Position numbers and translations under genes: made by a program. Shown piece by piece: positions 26,701-40,100 of a stretch of DNA of 64,000 bases; within the stretch, counting starts at the first letter, position 1; the number at the start of each line of letters is the position of its first letter. The DNA lies in NCBI GenBank assembly GCA_051294375.1, contig JBJCIZ010001674.1:56123-120122 (forward strand). The letters are read 5' to 3'. Origin of the DNA: Paraspadella gotoi (Eukaryota > Animalia > Chaetognatha). The notes beneath the pieces are model-generated. The model did not search any database. It had not been told where the DNA came from and worked only from the letters and a program-made list of their open reading frames with translations.

Positions 26701-29225
26701 CTCTAATTAATCATAATTGGATGGATAGAATTGAGTTCAAATTTTGTGTTGGGTAGGAAAATGTGTGACGAAGCTTGGAATATAAAGTTTCGATGGAAAC
26801 GTACCAAGTGGAAATGAGTTTTAATGAAAAAAAAGAGTCACATTTAGTTGAATCTTTTTGTTATTTAACCCATGATAGATTGGGAAATGAAATTTTGTGA
26901 GCCAGGTAGGAAAGTGAGTGAAGAAAGCGTAGATATAAAGTTTTGACCGAATGCCAGTTGAAAAAAATGAATGCAAGTTAAAAAAATCTTAAAAGCATAA
27001 AGATCGTCACAATTGCATAAAAGAGAGAGAGAAGAGAGAGAGAGAAGAGAGAGAGAAGAGAGAGTGAGGAGAGAGAGGAGAGAGGAGAGAGAGGAGAGAA
27101 AGGAGACATAAAATAAAATAGAGGATATTTGTTTTGTTTTGATAAAATGTAAACAAACATTTAATAACTGTCCTGACTCAATTTTAAGGACATCGTAGAT
27201 GACAAGCTGAATATAATTATAATTAATTATTGAAAATTAATTAATTGTAATTATTACAAATTAATTTAATTAATCGATTAATTTAATTTAATTTAATTAT
27301 CTGTAGGCAGATCCGACATGTTTGCTCCAAACTTGTTTAATAAGTAACGAACGAAAGACCAGATCGTAGATAGTAATATGTTAAATACAAAAAAGTAATA
27401 CTTGAGTGATGCGACAATGAAAAACAAATTACCAACAAATTGAAATTAAGAATACATTTGGTAATATATTTTACATTTTTTGTTAAAGATCTATACTCTC
27501 GGTCCTGACAGGTCTCCGAGTCTTCGAGTCTCGCCGAGGTCTCGAGTCTCGAGTCTCGGTCCGATTCGTCCCCCCCCCCAGAATTGTTTATCTAAAAGCC
27601 GTCATTTCGCAAGAAAGAATGTTTGTCCTTACAATTCTCTCCATTCTATTTTTCAGAAAACCTGTGTCCCCTTGTCTTTCTTAGTATTGTAAATGAAAAA
27701 CATAAGGTGTTATTTCCAAAAGCGGAGCGATTATTCAACCAATTCAACGGCCTCTTTTTTTCAGTTTGAGATAATTTCTCGATCAGTGCATAAGCGCCTA
27801 TAAAATACCTTGACCTACTAGTTGTTTTCCCTAACTCCTTCTTCTCCCGGCTAACCTGCTTGGTTCTATGATTTTTTTTTTCAATTTGTGACGCTGAAAG
27901 TTTACTATCAGATACCAATCATTGTAGGTTCTGTTTCCCTCTAAACACAGCATAATAATCTTTTGGGTTAACTTCTAAATTTATACTAGTAATTGCACCA
28001 ATAATTAACAAGTCAAATTGCTCGAATGCAATTTTTCTTGTTTCCAAGAGCTTCCTTTCTACGGGTATAATTTCCCTAAATTAATTCTTAGGCGCTTATA
28101 TTGCTTATTAAAACATTGAAAAATACCTTGGCAAAGGCTACTACATATTTTATATCTGGAAACCCGCTCTATCCGCTATTTTTTTATGCAGGATCTGCTT
28201 ACCAGCAGATTTTCCGGCTCTTTATTCACTTTTGTTCGGTCCGTCGGTTCCGCGCCTCCCAATTTGTCGCGGAATTCCACTTATATCTGTTCAGAACATT
28301 GACATTATGCATAAATATGTAAAAAAATATGTCCCAGTTCGCGTCTGTCCCCCCTGCTAGTCCAATCCGTCCCACCTTAAAAAAAACACCGAGATATAAC
28401 TCGTGATTTTGATGGGGGATTAGATGAAAAGTTATGTGGTGTGGTAGGAAAAGTTGGTGGTGAATTGAGACTGCGATTTAAGTCTGTTGATGGAATCCGT
28501 TCCAAGTGGACAAAGTTTAACAAATCGGAACAAAACAAACAAATCGATTTCACTATTTCTATATTTTTTTATTCTCTATATTAAAAATTAATTATTAATA
28601 AATTTAATAAATTGTGATCGACGATTGTTGTGTTTTGTGATTGAGAGGCGAAACCAAAAGGAAAGAACGATGTTTGACACGAATAAGAAAATTAATTAAT
28701 TCACATTATTAATTAACTGATAAGCTGCACCGCTAATGATCGTGGCAGATCCGGCTTATTTGCTCAAATTTGCTACCCCAGTTGATAAATGGCCTTAGTC
28801 ACGAGCAGAACCACTGCACTTTCATAAAAGAGAAATAATGGTTCCAGCGAACGATCGCGTCCACTCATTCTTCACCATAATGTTATCACAATATACAGAT
28901 ACCGTGGGTAACCCCCAGCCAGGTGCGCCGCGGCCCCCGCTCCCCCCCAGCGCCCCCCTGGCGACCCGTCTCTTTCTACTCGCTGTTCCGCGTCGCATCC
29001 CGCCAAGCACCCCCCCTCTTCCTGAACTGCAGCTCCTTCGACACTCGAATTATTGACTCCGTCGCTTCCTGCATCAACCCTTCTTCTTGTATTCTCCTTT
29101 CCCCCAGAGAAGTTGGTCAGGGATGCAAAGTTGCTGGAGGAAAACTTGATGTCGCCTATAGGTGTTGCGGGCTTCTCGGGCACTGAAAGAAAACATATCA
29201 CAAAGTCATAGCAAATCTACATTTT

Positions 29226-30823
29226 TAGTCGGATCTGCTTATCAGCAGATCCCGACTCTATAATTCACTTTGTCGGTCCGTCGGTCCGCCCCCTCAATAT
29301 TGTCGGGCAATAACTTATATCATGTCAGAACATCAAATTATGATAAATTATGCAAAAAAAATGATGTCCGTCCGTCCGTCCGTCTGTCTGTCCGTCCGTC
29401 CATCCGTCCGTCTGTCCGTCTGTCCGTTCGTCCATCCGTCCGTCCGCCCGTAGTCCGTCTGTCCGCCCGTCCGTCCGTCCTCCCGTCCGTCCGTCCTCCC
29501 GTCCGTCCGTCCGTCCGTCCGTCCGTCCCACCTCAGCAAAAAACACCAATTTACTCGTGATTGGATGGATGGATTTGAATAAAATTTTGGTGTGTGGGAT
29601 AGCTGAAGTATGTGATTGGAGCTGGATATGAAGTTTCGATGGAATTCATCCGAGTGGAAATGAGTTTAAATTGGAAAAAACCAAAAAAATATATTCACTA
29701 TTTGAACACCAATTGCTGCATGAGTGGAGGGGCTGATTGACCTGGAATTTTGGTATTGTGGTAGGAAAGTGTGTGACTTGAACAGGAAATCAAGTTTCGA
29801 TGGAATAGTTTGAGTGGAAATGAGTTTAAATGGAAAAAAAACAAAAAACCTGTTTCACTAATTGATTATGCTTCTTTTTCCTTTTAATATTAAATGTATA
29901 TGCAGGAATGTAATAATAATCAAATAATTAATCAGTTAATTAATCAATTAGTAAAATAATTAATCAATAATTAATTTAATTAGTCAATCAATCCGTCCAT
30001 CCGTCCCACCTTAGCAAAAGCTCCAATAACTCGTGATTGGCTGGTTGATTGGAATTAATTTTGTGGGTGGTAGGAAAGTGTGTGATAAAGCTGGATATAA
30101 AGTTTCATTGGAATCGTGTGAGTGAAATTAGTTTAAATTGAAAAAACAATAAGTCGCATGTACTAAAATCTTTTTACTTATTTTAACCAATAAATACTCT
30201 AATTAATCATAATTGGATGGATAGATTGAGTTCAAATTTTGTGTATGGGTAGGAAAATGTGTGACGAAGCTTGATATAAAGTTTCGATGGAAACGTACCA
30301 GTGGAAATGAGTTTAATGAAAAAAAAGAGTCACATTTACTTGAATCTTTTTATTTATTTTAACCCATGATAGATTGAGATGAAATTTTTTGTGAGCCGGT
30401 AGGAAAGTGAGTGAAGAAGCTAGATATAAAGTTTTGACGGAATGCAAGTTGAAAAAATGATGCAAGTTAAAAAAATCTTAAAAGCATAAGATCGTCACAA
30501 TTGCATAAAAAGAGAGAGAGAGAGCGAGAGAGAAGAGAGAGAGAGTGAGTGAGAGAGAGAGAGAGAAGTAGAAGTGAGAGAGAGAGAGAGAGAAGGAGAC
30601 ATAAAATAAAATAGAGGATATTTGTTTGTTTTGATAAAATGTAAACAACATTTTAATAACTGTCCTGACTCAATTTTAAGGACATCGTAGATGACAAGCT
30701 GAATATAAATTATAATTAATTATTAAAATTAATTAATTAATTATTAAAATTAATTAATTAATCGATTAATTAATTAATTTTAATTATCGTAGGCAGATCC
30801 GACATTGTTTGCTCAAACTTGTT
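29226..30823 (+). mobile_element. HINE/DINE-1-like element, family 1 (full-length copy; others at 31565-32121, 47420-48038, 59285-60425 minus, many partial ends)
   Basis: 5' T-run + GTCGGATCTGC-TTATCA-GCAGATCCCGAC hairpin, (GTCC)n microsatellite, internal tandem repeats, 3' subTIR GCAGATCCGAC + GTTTG-CT-CAAAC hairpin + TT. Confidence 0.75.
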
Positions 30824-32182
30824 AATAAGTAACGAACCGAAAGACAGATCGTAGATATATATGTAAATAAAAAAAGTAATACTTGAGTGAGTGCGACAAT
30901 GAAAAAAATTACCACAATGAATTAAGAATAATTGGTAAATAATATTTTACATTTTTGTTAAAGATCTATACTTCTCGAGTCTCGAGTCTCGAGTCTCGAG
31001 TCTCGAGTCTCGGGTCGATTTCGTCAGAATTTTATCTACCGTCATTCGCAGAAAAATGTTGTCCTTTAACAATTCTCTCCATTCTATTTTTAGAAACTTG
31101 TCTTGTCTTTCTTAGTATTCGTAATGAAAAAACAAAGGTTTTTTCAAAACGGACGATTATTCAACCAATCAGCGGCCTTTTTTCAGTTTGAGATATTTCT
31201 CGATCAGTGCATAAGCGCCTATAAAAAATACCTTGACCTACTAGTTGTCTAACTCCTTCTTTCTCCGGCAACTCTTGGTTCTGATTTTTTTTTTCAATTT
31301 TGACGCTGAAGTTACTATCAGATACAATCATTGTAGGTTCTGTTCCCCTTACAACACAGCAAAAATAATCTTTTTACTTCTAATTTATACTAGTATTGCA
31401 CCAATAATTAACATAGTCAAATTGCTCGAATCAATTTTTTTGTTTCCAAGAGCTCCTTTCTACGGGGTATTCTAATTAATTTTTAGCCGGTTATTGCTTT
31501 AAAACATTGACAATACCTGGCAAGGCTACTACATATTTATATTGGAAACCCGCTCTATCGCTATTTTTAGCAGGATCTGCTTACAGCAGATTCCGGCTCT
31601 TTAATTCACTTTGTCGGTCCGTCGGTCCGCCTCCCCAATCTTGTCGGGAATTCACTTATATCATGTCAGAACATTGAATTATGATAAATTATGTAAAAAA
31701 AATGATGTCCGTCCGTCTGTCCCTCTGTCTGTCCATCCGTCCCACCTTAACAAAAAACACCAATTACTCGCTGATTTGATGGAGGATTAGAATGAAATTA
31801 TGTGTGTGGGTAGGAAAGTGTGTGATTGAGCTGGATATTAAGTTTTGATGGAATCGTTCCAAGTGGAAATGAGTTAAAATGAAAAAAACAAACAATCGAT
31901 TTCACTATTTATATTTTTTATCTCTATATTAAAAATTAATTATTAATAAATTTAATAAATTGTGTGATCGAGATTGTTGTTTTGTGATTGAGAGGCGAAA
32001 CCAAAAGGAAAACGATGTTGACACGAATAAAAAAATTAATTAATTAATTAATTAATTAACTGATAAGCTGCTTACCGCTAATGATCGTGGGCAGATCCGG
32101 CATTATTTGCTCAAAATTTGCTTACCCCAGATCTGAATAATCCTTAGTCTACGAGCAGCACCACTGCATTATTAAAGAAAAT

Positions 32183-32721
32183 ATGTCGCGGACGATCTCC
32201 ATCTTCTCACATCATGTAACAATAACAAATTTTGGATAGTACCTAAATATCTTATTTTCAAATCTTTGCCTTATCTTTATCTTTTAAGTTTCATTTATTT
32301 TAATAGCTGAAAACCAAAGCCTTCGGGTATTTGATTTCGATGAGCACTTTCAAAACTGGGCAGAAAACTTTTGCCAAATCGGAAAACAAGAAGGTGGTTT
32401 GGATTGACGCTTATGGAAAAGATAAGCGGAACAAGAATACTGATAATAAGGTGAGACAAAAAAAAATCACGGGTTTTTTAAAAAAGATTTTTCTATTAAA
32501 ATAAAAACTATTTTATTGTGTTAATTCCTTTATTTCTCTGCAATGTCTCAGGTTCGAATTAAAGATCGAAAAATTTAGTTACCATGAGCCTACACTCAGC
32601 GAGAAGAAGGCGGGATACACGTTTGAACAAATGTTCCACAATGGCGGGAGGCGCAGAATTGACTGGAAAGTTCAGTCACACGAAAATTCAAAAGTCTAAA
32701 TTTAATTGGAAAATCAATAAA
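32183..32721 (+). pseudogene. Indel-ridden duplicate of exons 1-3 of the ETX/MTX2-like gene (allele, paralog or assembly duplicate)
   Basis: Near-identical to 37104-37639 with several 1-bp indels; followed by a Gypsy LTR in intron 3. Confidence 0.75.
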
Positions 32722-32812
32722 GTAAGACACGATGCAAGTTTAGCGTGGCGTAGGTATGCAGCCATAAAAAAAAGGGATTGAAATTGTCATCTGAATAGGT
32801 TATATGAAACAT

Positions 32813-33025
32813 TGTGGACGCAACAAGTTTCAGAGTAAGAATAATTTATTCTTCAACAACGTTATAAACAATAACAGTCAAATGCTCAGATGCTAAGTCT
32901 ATTACAATCGGTATTTACCAAAGGTCAACGTTATTGACCATAAAAAAGTTGGGGGAATTGTGAAGTAAGTTTGGTAAGGTCATGTGGTTTTGACCGAGGT
33001 TGCGTGTTCTTGATGTTCGTCCACA
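32813..33025 (-). mobile_element. 3' LTR (213 bp) of Gypsy element
   Basis: TGTGGACG...CGTCCACA terminal inverted repeat; polypurine tract GGTGGGGGATG immediately upstream on minus; absent from the duplicate copy at ~37730. Confidence 0.85.
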
Positions 33026-36000
33026 CATCCCCCACCAAGCCTTTGACCGGGTGGGGAGAAGGCTTGAGAGTCATTGAATTGCATCGTCGTTTTCATCGTC
33101 ATCTTCCGGCGCTGAAGCATCGTCGGAAGGATGTTGATAGACCAGGTATTGATGCAGCATTGTCGACGAGCGATTTGCGGCGTCGTGGAAAACGCGAGCG
33201 GCGCCGCTTCTGTTTCCGGAGGTGGTGCCGGTGGCGGGGCTGCAGTGGTACGACGCGGGCGACCACGTGGTCGCGCCTGCGGCGGATCGGGGGGTGCGGA
33301 TTCGTCGGTGACGGCGGGTTTCAGTCGATCGATGGAGATAACTTCGACGCCGCGGCCCGGTATTTCAATTTTGAAAGTTTTTGGGCCACGTTCGAGGACG
33401 TTGTAAGGGCCGTCATAGGGCGGTTGGAGCGGCGTCGAATGTCCATCGCGTCGGACGTAGACGCGGTTGATGTCGGCGAGTGTTTCCGGGACATGAGANN
33501 NNNNNNNNNNNNNNNNNNNNNNNNNNNNNNNNNNNNNNNNNNNNNNNNNNNNNNNNNNNNNNNNNNNNNNNNNNNNNNNNNNNNNNNNNNNNNNNNNNNN
33601 NNNNNNNNNNNNNNNNNNNNNNNNNNNNNNNNNNNNNNNNNNNNNNNNNNNNNNNNNNNNNNNNNNNNNNNNNNNNNNNNNNNNNNNNNNNNNNNNNNNN
33701 NNNNNNNNNNNNNNNNNNNNNNNNNNNNNNNNNNNNNNNNNNNNNNNNNNNNNNNNNNNNNNNNNNNNNNNNNNNNNNNNNNNNNNNNNNNNNNNNNNNN
33801 NNNNNNNNNNNNNNNNNNNNNNNNNNNNNNNNNNNNNNNNNNNNNNNNNNNNNNNNNNNNNNNNNNNNNNNNNNNNNNNNNNNNNNNNNNNNNNNNNNNN
33901 NNNNNNNNNNNNNNNNNNNNNNNNNNNNNNNNNNNNNNNNNNNNNNNNNNNNNNNNNNNAGGCTGTCGTCGTGGAAGGGTCAAAGCCGACTACCGCCGCG
34001 GACTACGGACTACGGACGTGAATTGGGCGCCACGATCGGTGGTGACGACGGACAGGACGCCAAAACGCGAAACCCAGTTTTGTAGGAAGGCGGCGGCGGC
34101 GACGGAGGCGGCGGAGATGTCGCGAAGTGGTGCCGCTTCCGGCCAGCGCGTGAAGCGGTCAATCATCGTCAGAAGATGAGTATGACCAGAGACGGCTGGC
34201 AGCGGCCCCACCAGATCGATGTGAACGTGAGCGAAACGTTTGGCTGGTGGTTCGAATTTCTGGAGTGGCGCGTGTACGTGGCGCTGCGTCTNNNNNNNNN
34301 NAGACTGTCTTCCCGGCAACGTCAGTGTTGAAGTCCATGAGGTGGCGGATCGGGTAACGGTCATCGATGGTGACGCCGTTGAGGCGTTGATAGTCACCGC
34401 AAGGACGAAGAGAGCCATCGGGTTTCCGTGTGACGTGTAGCGGCGACGCTCAGGCGGACGTTGAGCGCCGGATAATCCCGAGTTCCAGCATCTTCTCGAA
34501 CTCGGCCTTGGCAGCGGCGAGCTGATCGGGGGCAAGGCGGCGGGCACGGGCAAATTCGGGCGGACCTTTCGTCGGAATATGTTCGACACCGTGCTTTGGT
34601 GGTGCCGAGTTGAAGACGAGTTTGGTAAGTTCTGGTCGCCCATCAAGAAGTCCGGAGTAGGCATCGCGAANNNNNNNNNNNNNNNNNNNNNNNNNGACGA
34701 GCCCAGCTGGAGCTTTCATTGTCGAATCGGCAGCAAGCGATCGAAGACTAGCCTCCCTATGACCGATTCTTCATCACGTCGCATAACGGCAGGTACGGCG
34801 AGACGACCGGCGGCCAACATTAATGAACGTAATCGCACCTACACACAACGCCCGCTTAGCCTTGCAGCACGCAGGCGCGTTGCACGCCCTCATCACAGGT
34901 TACAGCACACACTGAAACTGGCATAGCAGTCGCATGCAGCGATGCATTGGACGGCCCAGAGCACCTGTGTAGTGGCTCAGCCGCTCGTACAGAGACACAT
35001 ATAAGGCTCCATGCTGCACGCTACGGACGCTACGCATTCCATTTGAGCTCGGGAGAAGCCAGAGCTGAGACTCGTCTATACAGGAGCTACTGAGATAGGT
35101 GAGCACTTGGCACCACACCTGCTGGTCTACATATAGTCCACGGGACTGAGAGACTGTGACAGTTGACGTGGCCGCGCCATAGTGGCGCTTCTGGGGCCCA
35201 AAGTGTTGCAGGACCATCAAAACGCCAGACTGCTGGTCGGTGGCCAATAGTCGAGCCACGCCGCCGCTCGCGTGAGATTGTAACGCTGGCGCCCGTAGTG
35301 AGACACGATACTGCAGACACTCTTTACTTTGCGGACGATCTCCACTGCCTCGGCGCGCGGTGGCGCGTGGAGTGGCTCGCCCGGACGCAGGGTTTCTGAG
35401 GCCGACGCTCATCCCTCAGCCGTCCTCACGCGGATCGCGCCGCCCGGCCAAAAGCGGACGCCCCCGCCGCTGCTCAGAAAGCGGCGCTCGTCCGCCGCAC
35501 ACGCGGCACGACGCCACTTGCCGCTGCCACCGAACGACAGCGCCCATCGAACACCTTCGGCATCCGAGATATAGAGATTAGGATTTCGGGAAAAACGCGT
35601 TCCTTTTCTCCTAATCCCTCTCGACTTAGTCATCCGCCGATTGTTGCCGAGGATGAGGACGTTCGCGCCATGCTCGCTCCGGCGCCAAGACTTTTTTCGA
35701 TATGGAAGCACCAGAATCTCCGGCGGTTGGGATCGATCGAACGCCAGTATTCTTGACTCGACCCTCGATGAATAACATGGTCCATTTCCGGCGTGCTCCA
35801 CGACGCCCAACCCGACATAGGGCCGCTGCGCCGCCGACCAGGTTCTACACTGGGCGTGTCGTTGGCGGCGCGGAGTGGCGGGGCATTGGCAGCGGCGAGC
35901 GCCGCTTTGACAGCGGCGGGGTCCGCTTTGGCGGCGGCGCGATCGGCGGAGGAGGCGGGGATGAGCGTCGCCTCGGAACCGCCGTCGACGAGCCACTCCA

Positions 36001-36035
36001 GGCCGGCGTCGGGGTCGCGCACAGATTTCACGTCT
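33026..36035 (-). mobile_element. Ty3/Gypsy (Mag-like) pol fragments: protease, RT N-terminus, integrase, split by gaps and unalignable sequence
   Basis: Protease WLVDGGSEATLIP...LRAAN (35850-36030); RT GPPEFARARRL..AKAEFEKMLELGIIR..PLHVTRKPDGSLRPCGDYQRLN..DRYP (34302-34665); [29 protein letters not shown] (33961-34290); C-terminal PYDGPY..VISIDRLKPA. Confidence 0.9.
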
Positions 36036-37103
36036 CATTAATTCACTTTGGTCAGGTCCGTCGCGTCCCGCCTTCCTCAATCTTGATCTCGGATATTCAG
36101 CTTATATCTATGTTCAAGGAAACATTGAATTATGATAACTTATGTAAAAAAAATGATGTCCGTCCGTTCTGTCCCTCTGTCTGTCCATCCGTCCCACCTT
36201 AACCAAAAAAACACCAATTACTCCGTGATTATGAGAGGGATTAGAATGAAATTATCGTGTGTGGCGTTAGGAAAGTGTGTGATTGAGGCTGCGATATTAA
36301 GTTTTGAGGGAATCGCTCCAAAGTGGAAATGAGTTAAAATGGAAAAAACAAACAATCGATTTCACTATTTATATTTTTTATCTCTATATTTAAAAATTAT
36401 ATTATTAATAAATTTAATAAATTTTGTTGATCGAGATTGTTATGTTTTGTGATTGAGAGGCGAAACCAAAAGGAAAACGATGTTGACACGAATATAAAAA
36501 AATTAATTAATTAATTAATTAATTTAACTGGATAAAGCTGCTTACGTNNNNNNNNNNNNNNNNNNNNNNNNNNNNNNNNNNNNNNNNNNNNNNNNNNNNN
36601 NNNNNNNNNNNNNNNNNNNNNNNNNNNNNNNNNNNNNNNNNNNNNNNNNNNNNNNNNNNNNNNNNNNNNNNNNNNNNNNNNNNNNNNNNNNNNNNNNNNN
36701 NNNNNNNNNNNNNNNNNNNNNNNNNNNNNNNNNNNNNNNNNNNNNNNNNNNNNNNNNNNNNNNNNNNNNNNNNNNNNNNNNNNNNNNNNNNNNNNNNNNN
36801 NNNNNNNNNNNNNNNNNNNNNNNNNNNNNNNNNNNNNNNNNNNNNNNNNNNNNNNNNNNNNNNNNNNNNNNNNNNNNNNNNNNNNNNNNNNNNNNNNNNN
36901 NNNNNNNNNNNNNNNNNNNNNNNNNNNNNNNNNNNNNNNNNNNNNNNNNNNNNNNNNNNNNNNNNNNNNNNNNNNNNNNNNNNNNNNNNNNNNNCGCTAA
37001 TGATCGTGGGCAGATCCGGCATTATTTGCTCAAAATTTGCTTACCCCCAGATCTGAATAATCCTTAGTCTACGAGCAGCACCACTGCATTTCATAAAGAA
37101 AAT

Positions 37104-40100
37104 ATGTCGCAGGACGATCTCCATCTTCTCACATCATGTAACAATAACAATTTTGGATAGTACCTAAATATCTTATTTTCAAATCTTTGCCTTATCTTTA
37201 TCTTTTAAGTTTCATTTATTTTAATAGCTGAAAACCAGAAGCCTTCGGGTATTGATTTCGATGAGCACTTTCAAAACTGGGCAGAAAACTTTGCCAAATC
37301 GGAAAACAAGAAGGTGGTTTGGATTGACGCTTATGGAAAAGATAAGCGGAACAAGAATACTGATAATAAGGTGAGACAAAAAAAAAATCACGGGTTTTTT
37401 AAAAAGATTTTTCTATTAAAATAAAACTATTTTATTGTGTTAATTCCTTTATTTCTCTGCAATGTCTCAGGTCGAAATTAAGATCGAAAAATTTAGTTAC
37501 CATGAGCCTACACTCAGCGAGAAGAAGGCGGGATACACGTTTGAACAAATGTTCCACAATGGCGGGAGCGCAGAATTGACTGGAAAGTTCAGTCACACGA
37601 AAATTCAAAAGTCTAAATTTAATTGGAAAATCAATAAAAGTAAGACACGATGCAAGTTAGCGTGGCGTAGTGTATGCAGCCATAAAAAAAAATGTGATTG
37701 AAATTGTCATCTCTGAATAGGTTATATGAAACATCATGGTTTTCTTCATATATGAAAAAAATCAATGCAAAATAATATTTGGTAGTTAGGATATGACTTA
37801 ATATAGAATAATTAAAAAAAATTAATATATAAAATTTTTTTTCTTATAATGGTTCAATTTTATAAACCATTTTATCCGTTTATTTGTCCACCCCTCATAT
37901 CTTATTGGTAAATTTCTTGGTTCATCTTAGAATACTGATTTATAAAAAATTATAAAAAAAATTGAATCCTTCCCTCTTTCCATACATTTATTTGTTTGTC
38001 CATCCATCTGTAACTTTAACACTTGAGTAAATTGATGGATTGATCTGAAATTTTGTGTGTGGCCAGAAAAGAGGTTGATTGAGCTTAATCTTAAGTTTTG
38101 ACAAAATCATTCTTGTAAAAATTAATTAAATAAAAAAAAATTTACTATTTATTTTTTCATTTTAAAAAGTAAAAATGTATAATAATAATAACAACAAGTA
38201 TAAACAAGTATAAACATAATAACAACAATGACTCTTTCATTTTCTCACTCAATATCCCTATTTATTTTTCTATCTTTCTCTCTCTCAATCTATTTCTTGT
38301 TTTCTTTTTTGATCTCTCATTCTTAACTTACCTTTTCTTCAAGCTTCTTACTTTTTATACTTTTACCATTCCAATTCATCTCCTCTATCTTTATACATTA
38401 ATGTGAGCTTTGTTTTATTCATCAAAGTATAAATATTAACTTAAAAAAATCAAGTCTTTTTTTAAAAATCAGAAAAAAATGAACTGACCAATGCTCATTG
38501 AAAATTTTATTTCTACTCTTAAATAAAAGATATCAAAAAAGAAAAAAATCAGATTGGAGCAAAATCAAATAGCTAGAAGCTGATTTTTTTGAAAATTCAA
38601 AATTCGTTCTTTATTTCCAGATCTAAAATTCTCAATGCTCAAAATCTTTTTTTCCAAAATGTTTTTTCTTATCTTTTTAAAAAATACAAATGTTTATTGT
38701 ACAGAAGTTGTAGTACAAACTGTTTCAAAATATACATATATGATTGCAATAACATGACTTAACTCAAAATGTCTTTAAGGAATACAGTAAAAAAAGAAAG
38801 TCAAATCTTAAAAAAGTGGAAAAAAAATTTGTCATTTTAGTTTTCTAAATTCAAAATTATGAAACTGTGGATAAGGCGCTAAGTGGGCAGAAGATGACTA
38901 TCCGTAACTTCTATAACCCCCTCTAGCATACATGGAACTGGTCCTGGGCTTGGAACCAGGCTTGGGGGTTTGCCATGCCCCCAAGGCGGCTTACGGCTGT
39001 TCTCACTCTTCCCGCAGGGTAGGTACCGGGTTGGGATTGAACCCGGTATCTAGTGGTCATGAGCTGATGGCTTTACTCAATGAGCCAACGGGCCACAACT
39101 GAAAGAGTCATGCTTATAGGCGGGGTGAACCTAGGCAATGCCCGACTTCATGCCCCCCAGATTGTAACCCACTCTGCACTGCTTCCAGTGGAGGGAGGGG
39201 AGAAATCTTTGGCACGTCCATGGGCCTGGAATCAGAAGGTTGGAATACGTTCGACAGGATGGGCTCACCAGTGTGGATAAAGCGCTAAGTGGGCAGAAGA
39301 TGACTATCTGTAACTTCTATAACCCCCTCTAGCAGACATGGAACGGGTCCTGGGCTTGGAACCAGGCTTGAGGGTTTGCCATGCCCCCAAGGCTGCTTAC
39401 GGCCGTCCTCACTCTTCTCGCAGGGTAGGTACCGGATTGGGATTGAACCCATGAGCTGATGGCTTTACTCAATGAGCCAACGGATCACAACTGAAAGAGT
39501 CATGCTTATAGGCGGGGTGAACCTAGGCAATGCCCTTCTACAAAATAATGGATCAGAGAGTAGATCTTTTTTTCAGCTATCATTTGGTTTATAAATTTAA
39601 TCAATTTTAATATTTTTTGGCGATATAGATTAACTGACAAATCAAGGAGTACAAAATTTTGACATAGATTTTCGCCACCACGAGTCTGCTTCTTACTTTA
39701 CTAATTTTCCTTTTTTGTAGATTAGTGAGGGTTATGGTAAAAGTAAAGGAAGTCTGGTAGAACCAAGCGCATGCAGTATTTTTAATGTAAAGCTTTAAGT
39801 TTGGCTCACAGATTAAGAAATATGAAAAAAATTTGCATGGGTAAGCTTCGCCACGTTAACTTGTGGTAATGAAAGGGCCTTTTTTTTACAGTAATTTCCA
39901 TTGTCCTATATGCGACTCAAGGTAGCAGTTATTCTGTCGTTTAAAATGCTCTCACTTTTTAGGCCTGAGATCGGGATTGGGTGTGGAATTCGAGCCGAAT
40001 ATTCCGGAGAGTTTCGGAAGCATTGGGCTGGAATTTGAGGCCTCGATGTCCGTGGATTCGATCGAGGAGCATTTAGAGGAAAAGGAGGAGTCCTACACGA

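Noticed and set aside
34720-35800. GC-rich overlapping ORFs between Gypsy RT and protease
   Set aside because: No recognisable motif; they interrupt the expected pol order and resemble low-quality read sequence.
39022-39096. Functional tRNA-Met gene (and tRNA-Gly at ~56853-56927)
   Set aside because: Anticodon and/or acceptor stems do not pair properly, and the modules are embedded in LTRs.
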